From Tubulanus polymorphus (Eukaryota; Animalia; Nemertea), in contig NC_134028.1 in the NCBI RefSeq assembly GCF_964204645.1, positions 9,672,001 to 9,736,000 of the forward strand: DNA of 64,000 nucleotides, in the 5' to 3' direction. The notes under the pieces are model-generated. The model saw only the letters and a list, made by a program, of their open reading frames with translations, was not told the DNA's origin and ran no database searches. Numbering within the stretch: the first letter of the stretch is position 1; each line of letters begins with the position of its first letter. Shown here one piece after another: positions 22,246 through 34,400 of the stretch. The translations under genes were made by a program, and so were the position numbers.

Positions 22246-22572
22246 CATCTTCACCCGTCAAGGGATTCGAACCCACTACGCTAAAGCTGTTCCCCGAACC
22301 CCTTGACCTCACGAGTCGTTGGAGTCGTTACTAGCCGACCAGAATCCGGTCGTACCAATCACAGCGCTTGTAACAAACCGTCAGTAGACCTCTGTTGGTT
22401 TTCCCGTTAAATTGACCAATCAGCGAACGTTTTACCGAACAAGGAAATATTTCGCAAATCGATATATGACGTCACGCGCAACAGCGCCAGTAATGAAATC
22501 ACGCTTCGTGAGGCCAGGGGGCTGGTGGAAGCGAGTTAGGGAGTGATACCTGACCCCTGGCAAGCGAGGATG
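22246..22572. mobile_element. 327-bp MITE, Mutator-like (9-bp TSD GGGTTTGTT), copy 1
   Basis: Ends CATCTTC...GAGGATG with long imperfect inverted repeats; flanked by GGGTTTGTT at 22237-22245 and 22573-22581. Confidence 0.8.
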
Positions 22573-22737
22573 GGGTTTGTTAGGTGATTTTAAAGTTAAT
22601 CGTCAAGAGTTTTCCAAGTCCAGGTAGTCAATGCGAATGCGCAACGAGTCGGTTTATAGGATCTAGCGTCTACCCATTGTGTATGTTAGGCCTAATGTCA
22701 AAGACTGGCCAAATGTCCAATTCTGCACCACCTGCAT

Positions 22738-23064
22738 CATCTTCACCCGTCAAGGGATTTGAACCCACTACGCTAAAGCTGTTCCCCGAACCCCTTGACC
22801 TCACGAGTCGTTGGAGTGGTTACTAGCCGACCAGAATCCGGTCGTACCAATCACAGCGCTTGTAACAAACCGACAGTAGACTTCTGTTGGTTTTCCCGTT
22901 AAATGGACCAATCAGCGAACGTTTTACCGAACAAGGAAGTATTTCGCAAATCGCTATATGACGTCATGCGCAACAGCGCCAGTAATGAAATCACGCTTCG
23001 TGAGGCCAGGGGGCTGGTGGAAGCGAGTTCGGGAGTGATACTCGACCCCTGGCAAGCGAGGATG
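22738..23064. mobile_element. 327-bp MITE, Mutator-like (9-bp TSD CACCTGCAT), copy 2
   Basis: Near-identical to 22246-22572; flanked by CACCTGCAT at 22729-22737 and 23065-23073. Confidence 0.8.
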
Positions 23065-23668
23065 CACCTGCATTCGCAGTCTAGAGACCGACAACCAGTC
23101 TATTAATGTCATTTTCTGAGGCAATAAATCTTTATTGAATTGAACTGACTCGAAAGTCCGAGGCCGTAGTTTACTGTCTACCGAAATGGTTCCTGTCATC
23201 ACAAAACAATGGAACTTGCTGATTTTTTTTGCTGAAATTTGAAACACGATGATTTACGATTTTGATTACGAGCAGGCAGTGAAATTATCGAAATGATGAA
23301 ACTAAACTATTCTGACTATGTAGGATTCTGCAGGTGTGCTGCTATCGCTGACATTATCACTATCAGTCATTTGGGCACTGCCACTGGAATTTAATTTAAA
23401 AAGTGGTGAAAAAGACCGTGGCGTGAAAAAGATGGATGGATAAATCTTCGGTTCCCGACTCGATTCCAGTCCAGAGACGGTAGCTGTGCATGCTCCTGCA
23501 GCAGCCGTTTCTACACTTTTAGTGCATCTATCTTCAGCAGCTCTCAAAACGACACCACCAATCTGAGAGTCGGCCTATGATTTGGAAAGTAAGTTAAGTG
23601 TCTGATGATGCAGGATTGCAGATAGTAGTCTAATAGTACCACCTAGCCGTCGTTCCACAAAACAACCG

Positions 23669-24114
23669 TAGGCGGTCATCCTTATTACCCAGATGACGTA
23701 TTTTACCGAGATGGCATGAAATTAGCATGAAATATAACATATTTAATTTATCTATCCCTTATCGATTTTAACAATTGAAATCATATTATATCAGTAATAA
23801 ATGCCTGCTGGAGTCATATTTTGTCGGATATTTTTGTAGAAAAATAACTTTTAACTTTACCGAGATGAGATTGTCTATAAAATTCAATGAAATTTTATTG
23901 CTAACCGAGTTTACGTAGGCCTATTTGAAGTCAAAATTTTTTTGAATAAAAAAATATGTAAAATATGACTCTAGAATGTATTTATTACTGATATAACATG
24001 GTTTTGAGTGTTAAAATCGATAAGGAATAAATAAATATGCTATATTTCATTTCATCTCGGTTCATTTCGGTAAAATACGTCATCTCGGTAGGCCTAATAA
24101 GGATGAACCACCGT
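23669..24114. mobile_element. MITE with ~45-bp imperfect TIRs
   Basis: TCATCCTTATTA...AGATGACGTATTTTACCGAGATG vs CATTTCGGTAAAATACGTCATCT...TAATAAGGATGA. Confidence 0.6.
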
Positions 24115-24637
24115 AGGGAACCAGTAACAATGACCGGTATTCAGGCTAGATTGCAGGTAGTGTTGTACAACATCAAATGCGGCAATAGGCCTAATGGACA
24201 TTTCATGACGTTGTCGATGATTGAATGATAAAACTATCCTCCCCTGGCAGGGATTCGAACCTGATGGCATCGCTAGACTCAGCCACGCTGTCTGTCGTAC
24301 ATGCTGTCCGTGCAACGTTTTGATCTGTTATGTAGGTGGCGCCACGTTACAGGGTGCAAAAGTCGTTTTTCTGCATTACACAAGCTTATGCTAAGTTACA
24401 GGCGCAGATTCACATGGTAGCACCGTAGACGCATGCAACCGTCGTGAAAATCTCGTGCCCTTTTTTTTCATGCCCTAAGTAGAAAAGGGCACGTTACACA
24501 AAGAGGGCACAAAGACAAGGTAGATAATTTTGAAAACAAAAAGTACATAATTCTTCAAGATTTTGTCTTTATTACCCGGAAACTACATGTCATTGCAGTT
24601 AATTTGCTAAAAAGCGCTTGGCGTCAGGACTTAAATT

Positions 24638-25885
24638 GTTAGCCCACTTGGGACTTTAGTCCCAGCCGACTATTGCGTTCACTTTTGTCCGTCGTCCGTC
24701 CGTCCGTAGACGGAATCCAGTTATTTTGGGAATTTTTGAAGACGCTTCAAGGTAATGTCTTGATATTTGGTTTATACATGTATCTACCCTAGACACATCT
24801 TCAGCCCAAAAACTAGCCCAGTCAGATTCAAGATGGCTGACTGGCAGCCATTGTTGTTTGCCAAAATCAGCACTTTTTACACATTTTCGAAGTTTTCGAG
24901 GGAAATTTTGAAGACGCTTTGATCAATTACCTTGATCTTTCGTTTATATTTAGAATCTACCTAGGGCCCATCACCATAAGAAAAATTGGGTCGATCTGAC
25001 TCAAGATGGCCGTCCTATGACCTTTTTAGTGCCCTAAAATGTCAATTTTGGCCAGAATTCTTGGTCCTGTAGCTTCCTACTAGTTTGCCATTTCTCATTG
25101 CAATTTGTGATGGGTATTCTTTGGAAAGGGATGTTTTATACCTGAGACAGGTATTTTTGATCGGCCAATTATGACGCAATTAGCGGCCATCTTGGTGTCA
25201 TATCAGTACTCATTCGTAGGTGGGAAAAAGTTTTTCCACAATAAATTGATACCTAAGCATATTGTGTTACTATATATTCAATTGGAAAGTTAGCCCATAA
25301 CGTGTTCTATGTTTTGGGTGAGTTTCAAGGTCATTGGTTTTTGTATGTAGCCACCAGGGGGCGTTGAATAATACAATAACTTAGTATTTCTATATTATAT
25401 TTGTACCTATGCATATTTTGTTACCACAATCAATTGCAAAGTTGAAGCTCATGACATCTTCCATGATTTTGGTGAGTTTTAAGGACATAAGTTATTCTAT
25501 ATGGTCACCAGGGGGCGTTGAATAGTGGAATAACTTAGTATTTCCTTATTAGATTGGTACCTAGGCATATTTTGTTACCATGATCAATTGCAAAGTTGTA
25601 GTTTATGACATCGTCTATGATTGTGAGTTTTTAAGGACATTAGATATTCCATATAGTCACAGGGGGCGTTGAATAGTAGAATAGCTTAGTATTTCCTTAT
25701 TAGATTGGTACCTAGGCATATTTTGTTACCATGATCAATTGCAAAGTTGTATTTCATGACATGTACTACATTTGTGGTGAGTTTTAAGGTCATTGGGTTT
25801 TGCATATGGTCACCAGGGAGCGTTGAATAGTAGAATAACTTAGTATTTCCATATTAAATTGGTAACGAGGCATATTTTGAATAAC
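24638..25885 (+). mobile_element. Helentron-associated (HINE/DINE-1-like) non-autonomous element with internal ~120-bp tandem array, 3'-truncated
   Basis: TTAGCCCACTTGGGAC start, (GTCC)n tract, repeated unit CACCAGGGGGCGTTGAATA...; homologous to 29973-31236. Confidence 0.7.
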
Positions 25886-28198
25886 CATAACCGAGGCATA
25901 TCTGGAACTTTCACAGTCGCTTAAATATGAAACATAGAAGGTTGAGTTCATATATGGTGAATTTTTGTTATTTGGTTAATTAAATATTGCCGAAATAAAA
26001 AAATTGTAACTCAAAAGTAGCGCCACCCCTGTCTAGAAGTAAAACTGTATTAGTCCGCGCTTAAAATAGTGCCACGCATACATTTTTGAAATAGCACTTT
26101 GCATAGGCCTATTCCATGATTTAGTTGTTTATTTCCGTATTGTCGTTTATTGCCCGAAATTTCCGTATTTTCTTGGTGTGTGTGTCAGCGGATTAATTGA
26201 ATGTTTACACATTGGTGATGTGGACTCGGCGAGTACACGTGCTACATCGATTCAACATTAGCCTGCTGTTGAATCGATACTCGTACGTCGAGCAACTCTA
26301 AAAACTATCTTACTATTACTTGTAAAATGATTTATGGTCAAAATTCTTTTGGACTTTCGCGTCAGCGATCGGTTTTTAGAGCCCGATTATGTGTATCTAG
26401 TTTGCGGCACAGTGATGAGAGCGCCCGTCGATAACATTAGTGACAGTCCCGTAGGCAATATCGCCTTAAATATACGCGGCGATCACCGTGTATGTATCAG
26501 TAATAGATAATGCGCGTTACGGAGCGGGTCGCGCATAGGCTACAATCCACACGCTCGTTTTATCAAAAAGGTCTTGAATTAGCAGAGGAAATATTATTCA
26601 CGATAACTTTTACTATAAAAAATTCCTTTTGTGAAACCATTAAAACCTTTAAGTCGGTAACTTAATTTCATCAGTAACTAGTTTTAATATCGACTGTAGC
26701 CGGATTAGTTTCACGTTCGGATATTTTCACAAATATCCCATCCGATTATAAAAGCTTTAACCACCAACGATTAGGTAACTACTCGTCAGTAACCGGCCTA
26801 CACCCTCATCGTAGTTGTTTTGTATCATTCTCCTTGATCTATCAAACATTTGTCAAGTCAAAGATTCCCATAATCAATCTTAAAGATATCATGTAAGAAT
26901 TCTAATAAGACTGCTGGTAAATATTCATTCTGTTCCACTTGGTCGATCGTTTGACTAGCTCCAGGGCCTAAGGGTACAGTTAGCAGTTGGCTTATGGTTC
27001 AGTCTGTGAACAGCTTCAAATAACTGTGTTAACAGATGAATGTGAAGCTTCTACCCCATGGACTGCATGGTCATTGGCCTATGTCATGGGTTCTTGGCGA
27101 TTGTGCCGAGAGCAGACTGTATCCGGTGGTCATGGTAAGTATAACTTTGATTAAACATGCACCGATGGCTAAAATGATACCTATGATATATGTAAGGCAA
27201 TATCAATCCATACCGACAACGATTTTGTTGATCGAGCTGACAATATTTCGAGCCTCGGTACCTTTTTCCCTCTAGTTTTCAAACTTGCAGGGATGCTAAC
27301 TGCTCCGTTTTGCCTTAAATCTCTGTAATACCTTAAACTTGCATTATATGTTCAACTCTTTGTCTATCAGTGGAACTTCGTTTGGACCTGACTTGCAAAT
27401 GTGTTTGAAAGGCATTACAGTGTGTAAGCCTTAGCAACCAACCTAACTCGTCTTCACCCTGAGTGCCACTTTTAATTTCTATTCTCTGTCGTCGTCCTAT
27501 TAAAAAGTTTCTTTCTAATTATAAGTTGTGCTACCGTCGACAGTGATCCCTGGATCCACCCATGGGTAAATCGATGATAAATGAAAACACAAACAAATTA
27601 ATGCTGATTTATAATTTATTTCTGAATGCAAATTCCTTACTAAACAAATTGATGCATAATATTCACAGATCAAAATGTTGCACGGAGAGCATGTGTGAGA
27701 GACAATAGACCTGATTTCCCTACATTGCATTGTATCGTAGTGTATTTTTAAGTTTTACTTCTTAAGTGGCCGTGGTGTCCCTGGACCTCTAGTTATTCAT
27801 CATTCATTGAGTTTGATAAGTTAAGGATAGATTTCAATTCAATCTCAGTAGAAACCCTCAATTGCCACTGCAAACTATCCTCATTAAGCTTACTCACTAA
27901 AAGTGCTAATTTACTAAACTATGCAATTGTATTTTAAGATGATTGTCTATGGTAATGGTTGTTGTCGTGAATTCGATTCATGAATTGAAAGAGACATGTC
28001 GAGCAGTACGGTGTCAGGTAATTATTACCATTCGCAAATAATGAATATTTTTTTTCTATCAATAAATTTCATTTTAGATAAGCTTTGTGAAGTTATATAG
28101 GCCTAATACGTAGATGTATGTGAAAATATTTAGATAAGGATGAATATGGTTGCGTGGGACCGAAGAACTAGATCTGGTTTATAAGTAATCTAGTTTAA

Positions 28199-28691
28199 CC
28201 CATTAGCACTCAAGCCGGCCTGCCTATTTCTCTTCAAGCCACCCGAAGCCGCCCTGACACTTTTTTCGTATACTGCGCGAAAAAAACGGTATTAGTGGGA
28301 TTCGAACCCAATAGCTTATGATAAACTAGACACCTAAGTCCTTGAAATACCGAACATAAACAACATCCTCCCATTTCAATTTCTCGAGTATTCCGAGTTT
28401 GAACGTGACACATCTGAGCGCTCACTTCAAATCCAAGTAAGTTCGGATGCATTTCAGGGGGCCAAAAGCGCATGATTTTGGTGGCCCACCTCATCAAATC
28501 TTCCATCATATGAAAGCCTTGACTATTTACTAGAAAATAACACCTACTTGTAGTGCATTGAAATAAACAGCAAATGAGCTATTTACAGCTCTATAACAGC
28601 AAATCACGGTATCGTGATGAACTTGGATTTTACCTTGAATTTTCTGAGGAGTAATTGACACTACAGAGTGAAATTCCTGAGTGCTAATGGG
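28199..28691. mobile_element. piggyBac-like MITE
   Basis: TTAA|CCCATTAGCACTCA ... TGAGTGCTAATGGG|TTAA: 14-bp TIR with TTAA target duplication. Confidence 0.8.
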
Positions 28692-29139
28692 TTAAACATC
28701 ATATCTTAACCTGTGATTAACCTGTAAACAATAGGCCTGGATCAGAACAAAATCTGGATTTAAAAGTGCATATTCTGGCAAAGCAGCATTATTTTTGTAA
28801 ACTTGATAAATAAAACAGCCCTCTATAAACAGGAGATATATTTAATGAAACGACAAAAATATTATTGAAATTAGGTTGTGGTCGTATAGGATTTTATGGG
28901 TTCATTTTAGGAGGATCAGAGATAGAGGTCTAAGGTTAAGTGCTTTGAAAAATTTAGTGGTTGGCAATGAGTCTTGATGCTCTAGTAAAGTACTAGGAAA
29001 ATACTCTGCTAGAAATACTCTGCTAGCCCCGATTCGAATTCTGAATTTGCCGCTCCATTTTCTCCACTACTCTCTTTCCTCGTTCCCGAGTCGTGCACCT
29101 CAGTGCATTAGGCATTCAGAATGAATTGAAAGCATAGTA

Positions 29140-29370
29140 ACATACCGGTAAATTAAATATAAGGTGTTGCTAATCATGCTTAAATATGTACATGGTATAG
29201 CACCGGCATATTTGTGTGATCTGATAAAGAGACCCAACCCTGGACGTGTCACGAGATCTGCAGCATCAACCCTTTCAGTGAGACGTACCACTACGCAAAT
29301 TGGTGATCGTAGTTTTCTGTTGCACGGCTCAAACTTTAAAACTCAATGCCATCTTATTTACGAAACATGA
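29140..29370 (+). pseudogene. Degenerate 3' fragment of a CR1/L2-group LINE ORF2
   Basis: IKYKVLLIMLKYVHGIAPAYLCDLI...PGRVTRS...GDRSF resembles the C-terminus of L2/CR1 ORF2 proteins. Confidence 0.6.
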
Positions 29371-29972
29371 CTCACTTGACCAATCAGCAGTCGAGTCTTG
29401 GCTATTTCAGTTGGAGAACTAGCGCTTTGAATTTTTTATGGAAAGGCACTATATTAAAGAGCAAATGCCATCAAAATAGAATATTGTGTAAAATTCATTT
29501 TCAAATGTGATGTATTCACAAATATTTTTGGAACTGGTTTGAATTTTAGTTCAGCCATTACTGAGGAATAGGCCTATGACTTTTAGATCGGCAATTTCAG
29601 CATGTGCTCACTGTTATTGCTTATGTTAGCAGGTGCATGTTTTTAATGTCATTTCTGACAAACGCTCGCGGCTTCCAGTCATTTCACTAGACATTTCATG
29701 CAGTATTTTTTCGTTTTGGGGGTAATTTGAAATAATAAAGTCTTACCATTGTATAGTGTTGCTACCGTTGTATATGACATGATATTCGTATATAAGGTAA
29801 TGAATTCATTCGCTGTAGGTCAGTGAATACGGTGAGCAAATTGTGTTTATTTTATCGATTATGTTGATTGCCATAGTTGACATCATAAGTAGCGCCACCG
29901 CAGGTTGAATATAAACTATGCGCACGGAGTGAAGGATAAATAAATGGCTAATTTATGGCTAATTCGAGTTAC

Positions 29973-31236
29973 TTTTTAGCCCACTTGGGACTTTAGTCCC
30001 AGCGGGCTATTGCGTTCACTTTTCGTCCGTCGTCCGTCCGTAGACGGAATCCAGTTATTTTGGGAAGTTTTGAAGATGCTTCAAGGTAACGTCTTGATAT
30101 TTGGGTTACACATGTATCTACCCTAGACACAGTCTTCAGCCCAAAAACTGGCCCTGTCAGAATCAAGATGGCCGACTGGCAGCCATTGTTGTTCGCCAAA
30201 ATCAGCACTTTTTACACATTTTTGAACTTTTTGAGGGAAATTTTGAAGACGCTTTGATCAATTACCTTGATCTTTCGGATATATGTGAATCCCCCCAGGG
30301 CCCATCAACATAAAAAAAATTGGGTCGGTCGGACTCAAGATGGCCGTCCTATAACCTTTTTAGTGCCCAAAAATGTTAATTTTGGCCCGAATTCTGAGTC
30401 CTGTAGCTTCCTACTGGTTTGCCATTTCTCATTACAATTTGTGATGGGTGTTCTTTGGAAAGGGATATTTTATACCTGAGACAGGTATTTTTCATCAGCC
30501 AATTATGACGCAATTGGCGGCCATCTTGGTGTCACCAGTACTCATTCGTAAGTGGGAAAAAGTTTTTCCACATTATATTGATACCTAAGCGTATTTTGCT
30601 ACCACAATCAATTAGAAAGTTGTAGCTCATATCGTGTTCTATGATTGTGGTGAGTTTCAAGGTCATTGGATTTTGAATATGGCCACCAGGGGGCGTTGAA
30701 TAATGCAATATCTGAGCATTTCTTTATTACATTCGTACCTATGAATATTTTGTAACCACAATCAATTGGAAAGTTGTAGCTCATGACATCATCTATGATT
30801 GTTGCGAGTTTTAAGGACATAAGTTTTTCTATATGGTCACCAGGGGGCGTTGAATAGTAGAATAACTTAGTATTTCCTTATTATATTGGTACCTAGGCAT
30901 ATTTTGTTACCATAATCAATTGCAAAGTTGTAGTTCATGACATGTTCTATGATTGTGGTGAGTTTCGAGGTCATTGGGTTTTGAATATGGTCACCAGGGG
31001 GCGTTGAATAGTAGAATGACTTAGTATTTCCATATTAAATTGGTAACGAGGCATATTTTGTTATCACAATCAATTACAAAATCGTAGCTGCTGACATGTT
31101 CTATGATTGTGGTGAGTTTTAAGGTCATTGGTTTTTGTAAATGGTCACCAGGGGGCTTTGAATATTGAAATTGTTAGATTGTTGAGCATTTGAAACCACT
31201 TCCCAAGTGGGCATGGTGTCCCTGGACCCCTAGTTT
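29973..31236 (+). mobile_element. Apparently complete Helentron-associated (HINE-like) element with internal tandem array
   Basis: 5' TTTTTAGCCCACTTGGGA, GTCC microsatellite, five ~120-bp units, subterminal inverted copy TCCCAAGTGGGC at 31201, then a short hairpin and CTAGTTT end. Fragments of the family also at ~27765, ~31830, ~50640, ~54110 and ~56590. Confidence 0.75.
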
Positions 31237-31474
31237 CGATAAGTGAGATCTCAGGTTGTTATATATATACTTTAGTTTCTTCTGGTTAAGAAATCGCGGA
31301 AAGTACAATTTTGATGGCATTTTCCCTTTTAAAACTGTTTATTTTTATCATTATTATTATTATTATTATTATTAATTCAGATAATGTCTAGTCGACACAA
31401 CATCCACTTCTGATGAAAAAAGGTTTCTGGCATCTCAGACTGGTAATAGATTTTCATCGATTTTTTTCTTCCAG

Positions 31475-34400
31475 AAGGAACAGTGCTGCCACCAATAGGT
31501 GTATTTTGGGATATCGAGAATTGTAATGTACCGCGAGGGAAGTCGGCGTTGAATGTCGTCAACCGAATTCGAGAATTATTTTTCGCCGGATTCCGCGAAG
31601 TCGAGTTTCTCTGCGTTTGCGATATCAGTAAAGAAAATCGTGACGTTATCGAAGAATTGAACAACGCTCAGGTAAATATCTGCAATACCTCCCAAACAAT
31701 GAAAAACTCAAAAAAAAAGCGTACCAGTAGTTTTAAGCGCAATAAGAGTTCACTTTTCGTTTGTCATCCGCCTATTCATAGATGGAATTTAGTTAATCTG
31801 AGAAGTTTTAGTAGATAATTCAATGAATTGTCTTGATATTTGATTTGTACATGTATCTATCCCCTCGACATATCTACAGTCCCACAATTGGCCAGTTCAG
31901 AATCGAGATGGCCATTGATATCGATATAACATATCTGATAATTTCTTTATGTTTCCGGTTACTGAAATAGAAATTCATGACATTGTTTCACAGTTTATAG
32001 GCAAAACTTCATCTGGATGGGATGAAATCCCTATGTTTATTTTTAAACAGTCTATCGAGCATATTTGCAAACCGTTAATGCATGTAATTAACAATTCATT
32101 TGTTACTGGTATTGTCCCATCGGGTATCAAAATGGCTAGGGTAGTCCCTGTTTATAAATCCGGTGTTATAAATAATGTGTCCAATTACCGCCCCATTTCA
32201 CTTTTACCAGCATTTTCAAAACTTTTTGAAAAAGCTGTTAGCAACAGGTTATCTTCTTTTATTGATAAACACAATATTCTCTCATGTAACCAATTCGGTT
32301 TTCGAAAAGGTCTCTCCACGTCACATGCTTTAATCGCATTTACTAATTACATCACTGAGAATCTAGATAATGGAAAATTTACTGTTAGTATCATGCTTGA
32401 TTTAAAAAAAGCATTTGACACTATTGATCATTCTATATTATTAGACAAGTTGTATAGTTACGGAATTCGAGGTGTTGCTCATTCATGGTTCAAATCCTAC
32501 CTCACTAACCGCTTACAGCAAGTGTCGTTCAAGAACTATTTATCTGATGTCAGTCCCATTCCTATAGGGGTACCTCAGGGTTCCATCTTAGGGCCCTTGC
32601 TATTCATTTTGTTTGTTAATGACATCGTTTATTCTTGTAATTTAAACTTTTTACTATTTGCTGACGATACGACTGCCATTAACTCTCATTCCGATCTGAA
32701 TATACTGCAATCAAATACTAATGTTGAGCTCACTAAACTGTTTAACTGGCTAAACTCCAATAGGCTATCTGCTAATCTGTTGAAAACGAATTATATGCTT
32801 TTCCATAAAAAGATCAATATTCTTGATGATATCGACCTTGTAATGGGTAATGTTTCAATAACTAGAAACAGAGAAACAAAATTCCTTGGTGTAATAATTG
32901 ACGACAGCCTAACATGGAACTCCCACATAAACAAGCTGTGCTCTATTGTTAGCAGAAATATTGGTGTATTAAGAAAAGCACGACGTATTTTTCCTAGATC
33001 CGCGCTCATCAAGTTATTCAACGGTTTCATCCTTCCGTATCTACAGTACTGTAATATCGTCTGGGCATCTAATTATGTAACTAGGTTACGACCCCTTATT
33101 TTGCTTCAAAAACGCGCTATTCGCATTGCTAGTGGGGTAAATTTTCTAGAACACACTACTCCACTGTTCAAAAAGTCGTATCAACTCAAACTTCAAGACA
33201 TCAATGTGTTCCAAAATTCTGTACTGATGTATAAATCTGTCCATGTGTTGCTGCCTGTCAAATTGTCCAATAGTTTAATTCGTATTTCTGATCTTCATTC
33301 CCACAACACCCGTAACTCTAATCAATTTCGTTTACCTTATTACAGAACCAATATCAGGATGTTTTCTCCTAACATTAATTGTATTAGAGTCTGGAATTCT
33401 CTTCCAACTGAACTTCAGCAAGCATCCAACATCGATATATTCAAGCGGAATTTGAAAAGACATATAATAGGATTGTATTAATACTTATCATACTTGTGTT
33501 TAACATCATGTCCATCCATTCCGCCAGGGCATTAGGCTTTTTTTCATTAAAAGTATACCCCCCTTTGGGGTCCCTTTTTGTCCTTTTTCTTTACTACGCT
33601 TTACAGTGTAGAAGTACTTTCTGTAACTTTTCTTTTATGTAATAGTGATGACTGTATTTCTGTATTGTATCTCTTTAGTGAAGAAATAAACTTATTATAT
33701 ATATTATATATATTGATAGCCATTGGTGCTAATCATTGATACTCCTTTGTTCCATACTATTTGTATCAATTGTGATAAGTCCCTGTTGTTTAGAATAGCT
33801 GAATACATTCATTGCCTAATATTACCTATTGTATCAAGAAGTTGAATCAAAGATCCTGTCACGATTACATTCCGCAAAGTGAATTGACAGGCCAGATCCT
33901 TAGTCAATGCAGACTAGTGTAAAGCGTACTTACAAGGTTATTATGCCAATTTAACGACTAATGTTCTACAAGTTAGTCAGCGATACAAGTTTTGAACTTA
34001 AATTTTCATCATGCAACTGGGCCCCATCAACATTAGCCAAAGCTGAAGGTTTATTGTTGATTGTCAGGAGCCAATTGCTCAAAAGTAATCACATTGACAA
34101 CGAAATTTGAATTGTGTTGCTATTGCTACTATACCAGGATAGCAACTCCAGCGGTTGGCTTCAAAAACCGATTTTGAGCAACTGACCCATGCTTATCACT
34201 TTTCCAACAACTCGTAACTTGGTGCGTTGTTTTTGAACGAATGTCTTGCGTTCCACACAGACCTATATTGAATATTATTTTCAGGTAACGGTAGTACATA
34301 TAAATGCTACGAGTAAGAACGCAGCCGACGATAAATTGCGTCAATGTCTACGCCGTTTTTCTGATACGTATACCCCGCCTGCTACTGTTATACTTATATC

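Noticed and set aside
22255-22300. GGGTTCGAATCCC (tRNA T-arm/B-box) on the minus strand, also at ~22750, ~24250, ~28298 and ~44830
   Set aside because: No cloverleaf or acceptor stem can be built; the first two lie within MITE inverted repeats and the others are at most SINE remnants. No tRNA gene called.
22246-23064. Apparent tandem segmental duplication
   Set aside because: Each copy has its own distinct 9-bp TSD, so these are separate insertions.
23322-23590. Exon-like segment (AG...GTAAGT) with a signal-peptide-like stretch
   Set aside because: Frames contain stops, and no partner exons or recognisable domain were found.
25300-25885. Regularly spaced repeats that might suggest a CRISPR array (also 30600-31160)
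   Set aside because: Whole ~120-bp units repeat with no unique spacers, there are no cas genes and the context is eukaryotic; it is a satellite inside a HINE-like element.
26100-26500. CpG-rich segment as candidate MARF1 promoter and first exon (MRAPVDNIS...)
   Set aside because: Plausible, but the strong donor gives a phase incompatible with the 31475 acceptor; cannot be supported without transcripts.
26830-27300. Minus-strand traces resembling LINE ORF1 (FEAVHRL, LDQQNR)
   Set aside because: Too degenerate to call with confidence.
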